From the NCBI RefSeq assembly GCF_009914755.1, contig NC_060939.1: DNA of 64,000 bases; one strand, 5' to 3'. Positions 39,887 through 55,512 of the stretch are shown one piece after another; the first letter of the stretch is position 1, and every line of letters begins with the position of its first letter. The DNA comes from the human T2T-CHM13v2.0 reference genome, Homo sapiens. A model generated the notes under the pieces. It was not told the origin of the DNA. It did not search any database and was given only the letters and a program-made list of their open reading frames with translations. A program made the translations under genes and the position numbers.

Positions 39887-40574
39887 CTACTCAATTTGTA
39901 ATAAATCAGGGTAAGTTATTTTTGGTGCCAAGTCGATTAATTGAATATAGGTTATTTTGCATCTTAGATTCCCTCTGACGACTAAATCTTATAAGCAGAG
40001 GTATGTGAGCATGAGAACTGTGTCGGGTGGTCCTGAAGAGATTAGTGGATTAGAAGGAGATTTGGAGATTTTTAAAAAAGCCTCTGGACAGTGAGTTAAA
40101 TGGTGGGTTGACACTCTGTGGTCGGGACTTTTTGGAGAGTCTATAAAGTTCTGCTGTATTTCTCAAGAGCTAGAGAGAGATGATACTATGACCAAATTTG
40201 GTTTGAATGTATTATAATGTACTGAGTATCACTAATTTGTTGGGAAATGACTGTTAAAAATACTTACTGACGCTTAAAAATATCACCTATAGCATTAGTA
40301 TAAGTAGCCAACTGATTTACATATATTTCATGTGTGTGTTGGGAGAGGGGTGTGGATTCGTTAGGCCAAAGATTTCGGTAATATATTTGGAAGAGATAAA
40401 TGAAGATAAAGAGATAAATTACCTTTTGAATAATTCCAAAACTAAAAATGCTTCCCTTAATTTTTATTTCTGATTTTCTTATTTCTATCAGAGAAATGTT
40501 TCTCATGTGACAAATATAATGCTTTCATATTTACTTCTGCATGCACAACTTTTAATTAAGTATTAATTGATTAA

Positions 40575-40868
40575 TTTTTTAGAGACAGGATCTTGCTGTG
40601 TCATCCACTTTGGAGTGCAGTGGTGTAGTCATAGCTCACTGGGACCTCAAACACCTGGGTTCAAGGGATCCTCCTTTTTCAGCCTCCTGAGTAGCTGGAA
40701 CTACAGGCATAAGCCACCTTGCCCAGCAAATTTATTATTATTATTATTTTTGTAGAGATGGAGGTCTTGCTGTGTTGCCCAGGCTGGTCTCAAACTCCTG
40801 GCCTCAAGTGATCCTCCTTCCCCAGCCTCCCAAAGTGCTGGGATTACAGGCGTGAGCCACCACATGCA
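40575..40868 (-). mobile_element. Alu (AluJ-like)
   Basis: Antisense dimer with (TTA)n middle tract. Confidence 0.92.
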
Positions 40869-40986
40869 GTCCGTGTACACTTTCACACCTTTTAATTTCT
40901 TTACTCATTAGGTGCATTCTTTAGCAATTATGTGTAAAGTGGAAATGAGCGTGCAAATCGTCATTTTCTATTGACTTGCACTCCAG

Positions 40987-41038
40987 AATTGGAAAATTGG
41001 AAAACTGTAGGAAACTGGAAAATTAGAAAACTGTAGGA
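40987..41038. repeat. Two-copy tandem duplication, 26-bp period
   Basis: aattggaaaattggaaaactgtagga / aactggaaaattagaaaactgtagga. Confidence 0.85.
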
Positions 41039-42769
41039 TCTAAAACAAATCGCTTCTATGACTTATAATATTCACTTGTAGAACTCACTGGCCTTTGTCA
41101 GCTTTCAGAGTATGTGAACACTTTTTGCCATGTAAGTAGTTAGTCCATTGGCAATGGATATATGTAAGTTGGTATCTTCACTGCAAACATTTAGTTAATT
41201 GCGTTTATTCTTGAGCCATTCTTGCTCTACCCTTAGGACTTGATTTTCAGTAGCTACAGTGGTTATTCCAGAAGTTGTTAGAATTAAGAGCCAGGAGGAG
41301 GTACTATGTAAGCTACATTTAGACTCCACTGGACACTCACATATTGCACGTGGAATATCTTAAAGGGGTTGTGTGCTGTGGTCAGGGTGGGAATTATCTC
41401 TTTTCTTTCCATGAGACCTCCACTGTGCATTATTTAAGGGCCTGTCAATTGCCCGTTATTCAAGTTTTGTTGTTCTTGGAGGACACTATTGCCTATTTCT
41501 TTCCTTGTTTAAAAAATTTCATTTAGGTAGGCTTAGCATAGTTGCAGTAGAATTTAATAAATCCTTTTTTTTTTTTTTACAGAATAAATCTTTTTATTAC
41601 GTAAATACCCTTTAATTTGCCTATTTTTAAAATTCTTGTTTCTGTGCTTACCTTGTTGTTAGACAGCCAAGGGGATATGCTGCTCTTTTTAGTGCCAAGG
41701 TAAAAGGTAAAGCTGTATCTTAAATATTTGTATTTCTCTTTGGTCTTGGTGACCCAAAGTGATTTGGGTCATTCTGACATTTAATCAAGTTTAAACAACA
41801 TGGCTCTTAGAAGTATGTTTACCAGGTAATCTGAGGGCTGGTTACCTGGTAACGCAATTGAGAAATTTCATCAAGACTAATTGATTAATTTATTAAGCAC
41901 TTATTGTCCAGTTTGCCTTTAATTTTCATTTTTCTAAGTTTCCATTAGCTATCATGGCCTCACTTGTTATTTAATAATGAATGGTTACAAATTGTTTGTG
42001 TGTTTTTGTAATTAGAATGTAATAGCAATCGTCTACCAGATGAGCTGACATTGTAATGACATGAAGTCAGTAACAATTATGCCTTACAGGAAAATTAATT
42101 CTGTAATCCTATCATCCCATATTTTGCCTAAGAGATTCGATTTGGCTGCTGCTAGGCTGCTTAGGCAGGTGACAGCATGGTGGGACACTTCTCATTTTTC
42201 TGGTTAGACTACTTAACCATAACGTTCATGGTGCCACCTGAAAAAATAATTTTATCGTTTTAGACTTTTAAAATATTTTTAGGCTTTTTTTTTTTTTTTT
42301 GGCTTAAAAAAAGAATCTGTTCTACTTGGGTATTTTGTTCTCCTTATTTCTTAGTGAACAAAGATATTTGCTCGACTTCTATCCCAGAAGGACCATCCTT
42401 TCTTCTTCCTTTTCCTTACCTCTAAGGGATATGAAGCTGTGAGAGGGAATTGCATATAGCAATACCATTTTGATTCCAGTGAAAGTTCTTACCTTTCTCT
42501 TTTGTCATTCTCAACCTCTTACCTGAAGAGTCCATTCCCTCAGTATATAGAGCATCTGGAAGTCTAAGGTGCAGGCAGGACTGAAAGAGCTGAGAAAGGC
42601 CTCACATCAGGTGACACTGGGGCACCTGGCTGTGCTCCCTTGTTGGGGGGTCCCTTGGCCTGGGCAGTTTTGCGCTTCTCCCTGTTTCCCTGTGCCCTGA
42701 GACTTTGTGGGTCACAGGCAAGGGGGCTGGCCTCCCTGATCAAGGGCCCTTGGCCTAGGAGGGCCCCTG

Positions 42770-42895
42770 GATTTATCTAGTCCAGCTTCTCGTCGTCCAG
42801 GTGCAAAACTGATGCTCTGAGATGTTTAGGGATTTGTCCAAGAGCAGAGTTGGAGCCACAGTCCAAATCTTCTGAGCCTAGTATGGTATTCTGTC
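42770..42895 (-). mobile_element. MIR fragment
   Basis: atctagtccagc..caggtgcaaaactgatgctctgagatgtttagggatttgtccaag. Confidence 0.55.
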
Positions 42896-42939
42896 ATCCT
42901 TGGTTTCATTTTGTTCTGTTCATAAAAATTGCCCAAAAC

Positions 42940-43066
42940 TGCTGGGCAAAGTGGCTCATGCCTGTAATCCCAGCTCCTCAGGAGGCTGTGGAGGGTGGAT
43001 TGCTTGAGGCCAGGAGTTCAAGCCTAGCCTGGGCAACATTGGGAGACCCTGTCTCTTAAAGAAAAT
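42940..43066 (+). mobile_element. Alu left monomer (FLAM_C-like) with TSD
   Basis: Monomer flanked by aattgcc(c/t)aaaact on both sides. Confidence 0.88.
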
Positions 43067-43188
43067 AATTGCCTAAAACTATTCAGGGTTAAAAATTTGT
43101 CTCTAAGCTTAAGAATTTGGAAAAACTCAGAAAAGTAGCCACCTATAACTCCAGCATTCTGAGAACAGTTAAGTGTATTTTCTTCTAG

Positions 43189-43564
<376 letters not shown>

Positions 43565-43602
43565 TAAAAGCCTTTCAGCGACATACACTCCTTATTAGCT
43601 TA

Positions 43603-43872
43603 ATTTTTTCTTTTAAGAGCTGTGTTCTTGCTCTGTCACCCAGGCTGGGGTGCAGTGGTACCATCGTAACTCACTGAAGCCTTGAGCTCCTGGCTTAAGT
43701 GCTCTTCCCACCTTAACCTTCTGATTAACTAGGATTACAGGTGTGCATCACCACGCCCAGGTAATTTCTAAAAAAAAAAGTTTTTTGTAGAAGTGATGCC
43801 TCGCCATGTTGCCCAGGTGTCTGTCTTGAATGCCTGGCTTCAAGCGATCCTCTCCCCTCAACTCTCAAAAGG
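43603..43872 (-). mobile_element. Alu (AluJ-like), diverged and 5'-truncated
   Basis: tcttgctctgtcacccaggctggggtgcagtgg..gccatgttgcccagg..caagcgatcc. Confidence 0.88.
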
Positions 43873-44799
43873 CTGTAACCCTGATTTTAATGGTAGTGTA
43901 AAGTGACATGGGATGAAGGAACCGTAACATTCTTAAAGTTTCCCCATTGTTGGGCATTTGCATTGGTCCCAGTTTTTTATAAGTAAAGAAGGCTGCAGCA
44001 AACTCTGTTGTACTACTTAATCTTTGTCCTTTATTTCAAATTATCTCCCTACAATACGTCCCTTGAAATAGGATTTCTGTGGAAAGGTATCAGTTTAAAG
44101 CTCTTGACCCATATGGCCAAGTTGCTTTCCAAACAGCTTACCTGTTGAGACTCGGACCTATGCTTCTAAAGCCTATGTGTGAAATGTTCACATTGTCTTT
44201 GGGAGAAGCTTCCCACGAATAAGAAAAATAAGGGAAGAACAAATAACATAATTGTTTGGATATATGCTGTGGTTTGTGTGGACGTCTCCCACCCTTTCCC
44301 TTCCCCAGCCCAAGTCAGTCTTCTGTATAAACAACTTACATAATACAGACTCTTCACTGTTTGTATTATACATGTATTTTGTGAGTCTGTGTCAGTATTT
44401 GTTTACACGGGAATTAGGGCATCAGGCTGTCTTCCTAGGGTTCCTCTGTGCAGACTTGTAGACAGTATGGGTTCTTTGCGTGCTGAGTTGAGGTGGCCCC
44501 AAACCTTTCAGACAGTTGCTCAGATACCTGGCAGTTGCTCATTTACCCTTCCAGACCTTCCTGCCTCTATATTAGCCAATGACAAGCAGATGCTTTCCAC
44601 AAAACATTCGTGTGTGAACTGTTGACATTTATGACTGTTTTCTGAGCCCACACCAGGTCATTTTTCTATAAAATCAGAACTGTGAGAGCTCAGGGCATGT
44701 GGCCATCCTGGATAATGGGTCCTGCTGTCTGGGGAGTCGTTTTCATCAAAATTCACTTTTAAAGAATAGAGTGTTTATTAACGAAAATATGTGAGCCTT

Positions 44800-45096
<297 letters not shown>

Positions 45097-45299
45097 GAAA
45101 GTATGTGAGCCTTATCCCCCAAATGTACCTGACATGTGAATAATATGGCTCAAACTAATGATGTGTATAATATTAAATTGACTTTGTTATTATAAGTGAT
45201 ACATAATTCAATTTTAGTTAAAATGCATTATTTCAATCAATATCAAATATTGCAGAAGGAAAACCTAAAATAGTAGCCAAAGTTACTCAGATGAGATAA

Positions 45300-45942
<643 letters not shown>

Positions 45943-47134
45943 TAAATTTTGATATAAATTCCTGCTCTTCAAGGAGATGTGGGTTTTTTTTCCTCCTGAG
46001 AGTATATTTATAAAGTTAATTGGATTTTATACAAAAGAAGCTTTTGACTCATTTCATTTAGCTTTTAATGTTATCATCTGGGAGGAGATGGTGAAGAATT
46101 CTGTTAGCCAAACCATGGCGAATTAATGTTTCTTACAGATGGTTTTATTACTTTTTATGATATTATTTGGATCATGAAACAAGTATCTTGGAAAATGTGA
46201 GATACAAAGATGTGAGTTGGGAGGTCTCTCTTGTATGTGAGTTCCTTCTATAACAGAGAAAGGATACTTTCAGTTTAAGCTGAGATGCTTTTTCCTTTTC
46301 ACTCTTGAAAAGTCTTTGTTGCAGGAATTTTCTGTGCCCTCCCTCCTCTGGGACAGATCTGCTTCTTGATACTGCAGGGCTCCAGCCTTCCTTCCAGCCA
46401 GCTCATTTCTCAGGGAAGCCTTGTTTTCCTTTTTCAGAAAATTTAAATGTATATTTAACGCACAATTTAACTCCCTTTCCTGTTGATAATTTTTTTCTTC
46501 TTCATATTTTGTTATTAATAATAGCTTACAGAATGGGATCAGTATCAGGATCGGGAGGTAACCAGGTCTCCAAGTTTTCCCTTTCGTTTTTCTTTTCTGC
46601 TTTTAATGAGCCTTAATTAATCCAGGGAGCTAGGCTGCAGTATCTGTGGCTCTCCCTGATGTTTTCTTTCTGCCTTTCTGTCTTGGAGGGGAACCTGAGG
46701 ATTTGGAAGTAGAGGGCTCTACTAGTGCTTCCTTTTTGTCCTTTTCTCATTGTCCAAAAGAGTCTTAAGCGATCTCCAGGAAATCCCCTGCTCCTGCCAG
46801 GAATCTGCCTGTGAGTATTTGAGTGAGTTGCTGCTTTTTAAGTACCAGTTGAGAAGCTGAAGGTTGGTGTTGTGGTTGTGATAAACTCCCAACATGAAAA
46901 CTGAGGACCACCAGCGTTTTCAGCTCACCTTTGACTCACGCTGGCAGCTCCAGGAACACTGAACAGGAGTCCCCACTGAACCTTTGCTGCGTTCCGAAGC
47001 AGCACAGCCATGGTTAGGCACTGCCAGGCAGCTCTTGGAAACCACAGGGAGGGAAGTTTTGGTTCCTTCTTTCTGTCTTTGTTTTTGAGAGGAATGAGCT
47101 TGGAATAAAAGAACGCTAGTAATGACTGATTTGC

Positions 47135-47310
47135 AGGTTAGGTGTAAACATTAAATCCTCATAACAGGCTAATGAGAGGTGGGAGAAATTATCCCCATTT
47201 TACAGATGAAGGAACAGAGGCTCCTAGAGACTAAAGAACTTGCTACTCAATGAGGTCAGGATTCACACCTAGGTTGACCTGAGGATAGCTGCTGCAGTGC
47301 TCACCCTTCC
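47135..47310 (-). mobile_element. MIR fragment
   Basis: aatcctcataac..ttatccccattttacagatgaaggaacagaggctcctagagactaaagaacttgc. Confidence 0.8.
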
Positions 47311-47858
47311 TACCTTCCCAAGAAACAATACGCAGAGAATTTCTTTTCTAAATATTGTGTGCCTAGAAGGTGCTTTGTGTTATCGAAACAGATATATATG
47401 TGTATATCTGGTCTCTTTAAAATTCTCTTTAATAAAAACAAAAAGTGATGCTAGTGTAAAATAAAAGATATATATAGAAAATTGTGTGTCCTCGTTAATC
47501 TTCTTTAGGAAAGATATATGCATATATGCAGTATAGTTTTGGGTTTTTATAAAAATGAGATCATGCTATTAGTATAGTGAATAGCCTCTATATAGTCTTT
47601 CGTAACATTTTTACTTTTTCTCGGTGTATGGATATCAATTTAGGTCAGTTGCTGCGGAGTTTGAAACGAGTTAAAATTTCAGCAGTTCACAAAATGGATG
47701 ATTCATAGTTTAGTCGAGCCATCATCTGTTGATGGACAGTCATGTGGTTTCTTGTTTTTTCTTTCTCTGTGTTTCACTAATGAAACAGGATTACAGTAAA
47801 TTGACTCGTGTATGTGTATACATCCATCTTTGCTGGTACTATAGAAAAGTGTATTGCT

Positions 47859-48117
47859 GGCTGGGCATGGTGGCTCATGCCTGTAATCCCGGCAATTTGG
47901 GAGGCTGAAGTGGGTGGATCACCTGAGGTGAGGAGTTTGAGACCAGCCTGACCAACATGGCAAAACCCTGTCTCTACTAAAAATACAAAAATTAGCTGGG
48001 CGTGGTGGCAGTGGAGGCTGAGGCAGGAGAATTGCTTGAACCCAGGAGGCGGAGGTTGCAGTGAGCCTACATCGTGCCACTGCACTCCAGCCTGAATGAC
48101 AGAGCAAAACTCCATTG

Positions 48118-48170
<53 letters not shown>
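47859..48170 (+). mobile_element. Alu (AluS-like) with internal deletion and 49-nt pure A tail
   Basis: Sense dimer; A run at 48122-48170. Confidence 0.95.
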
Positions 48171-48175
<5 letters not shown>

Positions 48176-49579
48176 TACTGCCTTGTTCCTGATTTAAATA
48201 AAAATGTGTTTTAACAAGGAATATGTTAAGTTTTGGTAAATATAGTTTATCATATTTAAGTTGTGTATACTCATTCATGTTTTAATTTTTATCGGAAGAG
48301 GCTGATGAATTTTATGAAATGCCTTTTTGGCATGATATAATTGTGAGCTTTTGCTTTTATTTGGTGGTGTAATAAATTACGTTGATTAGATTTCCCAATA
48401 TTGAATCATCTTTGCATTCCTGGAATAAGCCCTAATTTGTTATGGTGTGATATTCTTTGGATATGTTGCTATTTGATTTGCTAATATTTTTTTAAAAATT
48501 GTGACTGTAGCCTACAAAGCCCTACAGATAGGGGTCTTTAGTTTTTTTCCTTGTTTGCATTCTATCAGGTATTGATATTAGGATTATGTTTTTTAAATAA
48601 TTTAAGAAGAATTTCACCCTTTCCCAGCATCTAGAAGCATTTACATAATATAGGAAATAACCTGTTTTTTTTTTTTTTTAAGTTAGAGTAAAATTAACTG
48701 GAAAACTTCATAGGCATCCCCTGTAGTCCCATCCCAGAACATTTTAAAACAAATTTTTTAGTTTTTCAGAATATATTATAGTTGTTCTGTTCAGCTTTTA
48801 AGCCTTTTCTCTGGATTTTGATATTTTCTACTTGCTGGGAAAGAATTTATCTACAATTTGAGTTTATCGCACAGTTATTTGTAATATTGTTATTTCTCTG
48901 GTAATCATAACCCTTTCTCATTACTAACACATATTTTTGCTCTTTTTTTGCTTTTTTCCCCCTTAATCAAGTTTGTTAGAAGTTTATATATTTTATTGTC
49001 TTCAAAAAACTAGGTATATTAATTTTATATTTATCCTGCTTTTAATTTCATCTCAGTATTTAATTTTTATTCACTTTTTCCATTCCTTTAAGTTTATTAA
49101 GTTGAATGCCTGTCTCATTTGCTTTTTAGTCTTCTTAAAATAATGGCATTTAAGGCTATACATTTTCTTTGAAAATTGCTTTTGTTACGTATTTTTGGTT
49201 TTAGACAGTTGATCTCCTTTTTGTTGTTTTCTAGATGGTTTGTAATTAAAATATTTATTTGATCTTTGATTCTGACATTACTTAGAAGTATGTCTGTCCT
49301 TGAATTTTTCTTTTGCTTACCTTTTGATATTGTTTATATGATTTATGAATGCAGCTCTGAGGTATCTGAGGGGATTTATTAACGTTTACTTGCGTCCAAG
49401 TACATGATTAAGTTTTAATTGCTTTGTGGACATTAAAAAATTATGCCCTTGGTAAAATGCAAAGGTTTTATTTTCTGTATTTAGTAAATCAAACTTACTG
49501 ATTGCATTATAGTCAGATCTTCCAAATTCATGTATGTTTTCAGTTGTCAAATTGACAGTTAATGATGCACCTTTTATAA

Positions 49580-49874
49580 TTTTTTTTTTTGAGACAGAGT
49601 TTCACTCTGTCGCCCAGGCTGTGTAGTGCAGTGGCGTGATCTTGGCTCACTGCAGCCTCTGTCTCCTGGATTCAAGTGGTTCTCCTGCCTCAGCCTCCTG
49701 AGTAGCTGGGATTATAGGCACATGCCACTGCACCTGGCTAATTTTCATATTTTTAGTAGAGATGAGGTCTCACTATATTGGCCAGGCTGGTCTCAAACTC
49801 CTGACCTCAAATGATCTGCCTGCCTTGGCCTCCCAAAGTGCTGGGATTACAGGTGTGAGCCACCACACCGGGCC
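49580..49874 (-). mobile_element. Alu (AluS-like)
   Basis: Antisense dimer; TSD ccttttataatttt. Confidence 0.95.
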
Positions 49875-52467
49875 CCTTTTATAATTTTTAAACTTTTCAT
49901 ATTTCCAAGAGAAATGCTTAGTGTATTTATCTGCCGTTTTGCTTGATGCATCAATATGTGTAATTTTTTTATTTTTCAGGGATTACATATTTATCACATG
50001 TAATATCCCTCTCTGTCCAGTTTAATGCTTAATGGCCTTGAGTTCTTGGTTTGATTTTACTATTGCCAGCTTTGCTTTCTTTTTACTTGACTTTGCTTGG
50101 TATACTCTTGTTCAATTGTTTGTTTTTAAATAGAGCTGGACTTTTAAAACCCATTGAGACATTTTTGTTCTCTAATAGGGACGTTCTGCCTTGTCTTTCT
50201 TTACTGTGATAATGCATACATTTTGCTTTATTGCTTTCATCTTATTCAATGGTTGCCATTTATTTTACTTTCTGTTATTCTCAATTCCCATGTTAATTGA
50301 ACAAGTCCTTTGCTAATTTGAAAAGTGTGTTATTTTCAAAGCTACCGGTGCCTAACAATTTGAAAATCTGTATTTTTCTCCTGAAATAGGTACCAGCATT
50401 AAATTACTAATTCTTCCACCAGGGTTTGCATTTCCGCAATTTCTGCCGTTCCCATGACTTTCTCTGTCTCCTGGATGTGTTCTCTGTCTTTTCACTCATG
50501 GATTCTAGTAGATTCTTATTCCTTGCTCTTGGGCGCTCGCATTTCTTCTTCTTAATCCTCCAGAATCTGATACTCTAGAGCAACAGATCTTTTCTGTTCA
50601 ATTTAAAATTTTAAAGTGTTTTTTTTTTTTTAATTCCTGAAAGTTTTTATACTCCAATTGTGTCTCCACATATGCTCTTAGACTCCTCTTCCCGTCTAGT
50701 TCTCCTTTCTTGGTTCGATTAGTTCTGTTTCAGCTGGTGCCACCTGTTGCAGCTGAGCTTGGTCACCCTCCCTCAGGCTCCTGCGTCGTCCTCAGTGGGT
50801 CATGGTTTTTCTTTGCTTGCCGATGGCTGCCCTCAGCCGTCACACAAGTCATGGGTTAGTGTCACTCAAGGAATGGCAGACCAGCAGATGGTAGGTGATA
50901 AGCCAGGAAACAGATACTGTGCCGCTGAGTTGCTCTGTTCCCAGTCTCTTCCGACAACATAAGGCTTGGGAACAGTTCCACCTTCCATGGAAGCCCCCCT
51001 TCCCTCTGGTTTCACCTGGGACAGCAGGATGAGCAGGGTGCAGGGCCTTCTTCCCTGTGGATGGACTCTCAGTTACAATGACCATGGAGAACTGTACCCG
51101 CTCTCTGTTTTGGAGATTTGGGAGATCCTGAGGGCCTCAGAAGGCCCTCACTCTCATCCCATGCACTACCTGTAAGCTCATTAGATTACTGTCCTTGTTA
51201 CTTTAGAGAGGGGACTGTGAGGGAGGCAGGACCAAGTATGTTTATTCAGGCCACTGTCTTCCCCATAAAGACTATATTTGTGTACATTTTTCTTTGCTGT
51301 ATTGTGAGAAGGAGGTAGAAAAAAGATGTGCATGTCTGCATTTGGAAACAGTTCTGAGAGTGGTGCTGCATCAGCGGGGCTGGATTGCCCTCAACTATAA
51401 GAAAGTGGGATACTTATATAAAGGAAGCATAATACAGCATGTTTCTCTTACAGGAAGGACTGTTTCTTAGAGTCCTCATCCTCTGTCTCCATCACTCAGT
51501 ATAGCAAATCATACATTCCATCAATGTTAATGACATCAATTGTATGCCTGTAAGTATGTACACACGCACAGGGGCAGGGGGCACTTCTTTACTCCACAGC
51601 TGGAAAACTTGGGACAAAATGCCTAGCCAGCTTGGCCCAAATTTGAGGGTATTGCCATCTGTATCTCAGTGCAGGTGTTTCTGTCTGATGTTCACAGTCT
51701 GTTTATCCAGAGTGCCCCAGAAAGGACAGTAGTGTTAGGTTAAACCTGTGTATGTCTGTTCTTAGTTTTAATAACAGTCCTGTCTTTGGAATTATTTAGT
51801 GTGTTCTCTCATTTCTCAGGAAGTCAGGATGTTAGTGCCGAAGCACTTCTCTGACTTGGTCCGACATTGAAGTACCTTCCCCTGCATTACAGAAGAACGG
51901 CCCCCCAGGGGGTCTGTTTGATGAACACATGTATTATTGCAGTGAGATACTCTAGAAATAGCTTCATGTCCTTGCAAAATTGCCAGCACAAGTAAGGACC
52001 TGGAAATTGTTGCTATGCATGTATGTCAGAAGATTTCTTAACCAATTCTGTACTGAATAAAATAAAATTTATTTTCAAGTTTTGTAGGGACCTGGGGCAA
52101 TATGTCAGATAGAGTTGAATATTTTCAAGGCATTTTTAGTTCATGGGGCACATAGTTGGCTTAAGATATCTATGTGTATCAGGACTGAAAGGTAAAGTGC
52201 CCGAACCTGCTAATGAAAGAGGTGTCTGTGTGGCCATCTGAGGTTCAGCCACAATGTGTCTTGCAGAATTATTTTATTTTGCTAGTTTTTAATTTCTCAA
52301 ACAGTTCAGCTGCCTGTCCCGTGGTACCGTGAGACTTCTAATTCAAGATGACCAGTATTTGCAGACAGAGCCACTGCCTTTGCTGCCACATTTTGCTTGG
52401 TTATTGTGTGAGAACACCATTTTTCTCTTTTTAAATGAATTGTGTTTCTCTTTTTAAATTGAGCATC

Positions 52468-52775
52468 CGACTGGGCGCGGTGGCTCACGCCTGTAATCCC
52501 AGCACTTTGGGAGGCCACGGTGAGTGGATCACCTGAGGTCAGGAATTTGAGACCATCCTGGCCAACATGGTGAAACTCCTGTCTCTACTTAAAAAAAAAA
52601 AAAAATGCAAAAACTAGCTGGGCATGGTGGTGCACATCTGTAATCCCAGCCACTTGGGAGGCTGAGGGCAGGAGAATGGCTTGAACCTGGGATGCGGAGG
52701 TCATAGTGAGCCAAGACTGTGTCATTGCACTCCAGCCTGAGCAACAGAGAGAGACTGCCTCAAAAAAAAAAAAAA
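52468..52775 (+). mobile_element. Alu (AluS-like)
   Basis: ctgggcgcggtggctcacgcctgtaatccc.. with A tail. Confidence 0.95.
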
Positions 52776-54242
52776 TCCGTTTATCCGTTTACATAGTGAT
52801 AAATAAAGTAATTACTATAGTGGTGGCATTCTGCCTAAGTCATCTTGAAAACTGAATGCAAAATCTTTTTAATAGCTCCATAATGGTCTCTTGAAGTGTT
52901 ACAGATTTTTATAACAATAGCTGTAATACAAGTGCCTTTATTTACTGTGAGACTTGAACATTTTGACCATTTACATGGGTACTTGTGTGTCTCCAGCTGA
53001 GCTGAGTGCATGTCGCTGCGGCATTGCAGGCGTGTGTGCATGTTGGCTCTTGCAACGGGGCGTCTGCCAGGGGTTGTCTCGGGCAGGAGAAGGAGGCCAG
53101 ACTGGCACCACTTGTAGTGATTGGAATGTGTCTAGTCCAGCTCTTCAGTTCCATGTAGGAGGTTTTAGGATGGAGATTGTGTTTTGGGAACTCCAAGTCA
53201 CTGTCCAATTTGGAGAGTATTATGTAAGAAGGCTTATGTTTTCTGATTACCCATCCTTCGATACAGACCAAATAATACCACAGTGATAAAAATGGGAAAG
53301 GAGCTGTCGCTCAGCTCTTCTTGGCCGTGTTGTTTGCTTTTCGATGTCTAATTTATGAAAGCATTTCAAAGTGACATATATACTGAACAGCTTCGTCTTG
53401 CCAAATGTAAAATAAACTGGAGATGAGTTTAGCACAGAGCTTTGTAGATTGTTGTCCTCTTGGTAGAGTCGGGGCCTAAACACCACCTGGCCTCTGTGCC
53501 AGTGGACAGGTGACCTGCCTGTCCTACTGCTGGTCTCTGCAGCTCTCTGTCTTGGGCAACCCTGGCTCTGAGTTCCAGAGTGTTCTCCAGTAGGAGAGTC
53601 TGCAGGGGCACTGTGGAGCACCTGGGTATGTGCACATCTGTTGTTGGCTGGCGTTGTCTCTGATGGCTTGGGGTGTAACAGAGACATGACAGTACTGTCA
53701 CTGCATACCTCTCAAGCTTTTGCTGAGTCCTACATGAGTTGCAGGGGCAGAGAGGGAGGGAGAAAACAATGCCTAGCCACACTGAGAAAGGGGAAAGTGC
53801 TACAGAGTCCTGGAAGGAAGCGAGGATGGACATGGACGGGGAAGCATTCATACCAGGCAGGAAAAGTGACTTCATGGACCAGTCACAGAGGACAGGGCCA
53901 GGGATCAAACCTTCCGTAATTTGCCTCCACAGTTTGTCTGAGACTGGCTACCTGGTTGAGTCTGCCAGAGCCCTGTGTGCAGGTACTACCACTCACTGTC
54001 ACCTCCAGGCAGGAAAGGCCATGTGAATGCATGCATCTTTGCAGGAACTTGCCCCTTTCCACTGAGGTTTGAGGCAGACTCCAACCACATTTCCATCCAG
54101 TGGCTTAGTGGTCTTACCCGTGAGCTTGAACTGTTGTCCCTGCCAGGACAGTCTTTGCCTCTGTAAATATCTCCATATTCCTCCATCCTTTCAGGTCCCA
54201 TTCAGTCCCTAGGTCCTCCATGATGGAATATTGGTTGATGCA

Positions 54243-54378
54243 CTTATTCCACAAACATTTGTTGGCCACCTTTCAAGTGCCAGTCAACCCTTCTAGGTAT
54301 GGAGGGGTACAGTGATGAGCAAGCCACTGTTTCTGGCTGCAGAGGGCTCACTGTTTAGTGGGAGAAACAGACAAATCA
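54243..54378 (-). mobile_element. L2 3' fragment
   Basis: ttattccacaaacatttgttggccacct..gtgccag..gctcactgtttagtgggagaaacagaca. Confidence 0.65.
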
Positions 54379-54656
54379 TACATCTTAACTACACTGCCCT
54401 TGATTGCTCTTTACCTGTTATATCAGTCGATCTTGCCTGCCTAGCATTTGTTCCCTGTTTGGGGGCCTGTATGATGTTCGTTTGGATACCTCAGGGTACA
54501 TTTTCCCATCTTTGTGATGATGTAGCTCACTTGGTCTGAATGATATGTAATCCTGCACATGTAGAGTGACCATTATATTTGCATAAATAGCATTGGAGGA
54601 ATATATAAGAAATGAATAGAAGTTGTTATATCATTTGATATATATGTTATATCATC

Positions 54657-54747
54657 TGGCTCTGCTGCCCAGGCTGGAGTGCACTGGCACGCGCATAGCC
54701 CATCGCAGCCTCAAACTCCTGGGCTCAAGTGATCGCCTGCCTCAGAC
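54657..54747 (-). mobile_element. Alu right-arm fragment
   Basis: gctctgctgcccaggctggagtgcactggc..gcagcctcaaactcctgggctcaagtgatc. Confidence 0.85.
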
Positions 54748-54819
54748 TTCATTTTGATTTGTGAACCTCGTGATTCTATTACTTGTTCCACAAAAAATTT
54801 TAAATGAAAAAATATTTCA

Positions 54820-55512
<693 letters not shown>

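Larger units (their letters stand above)
47500..50350 (-). mobile_element. Old L1 (L1M) ORF2/3' remnants, interrupted by two Alus
   Basis: T-rich antisense L1: ttgaatcatctttgcattcctggaataagccctaatttgttatggtg..gatttgctaatattttt; no intact ORF. Confidence 0.75.
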
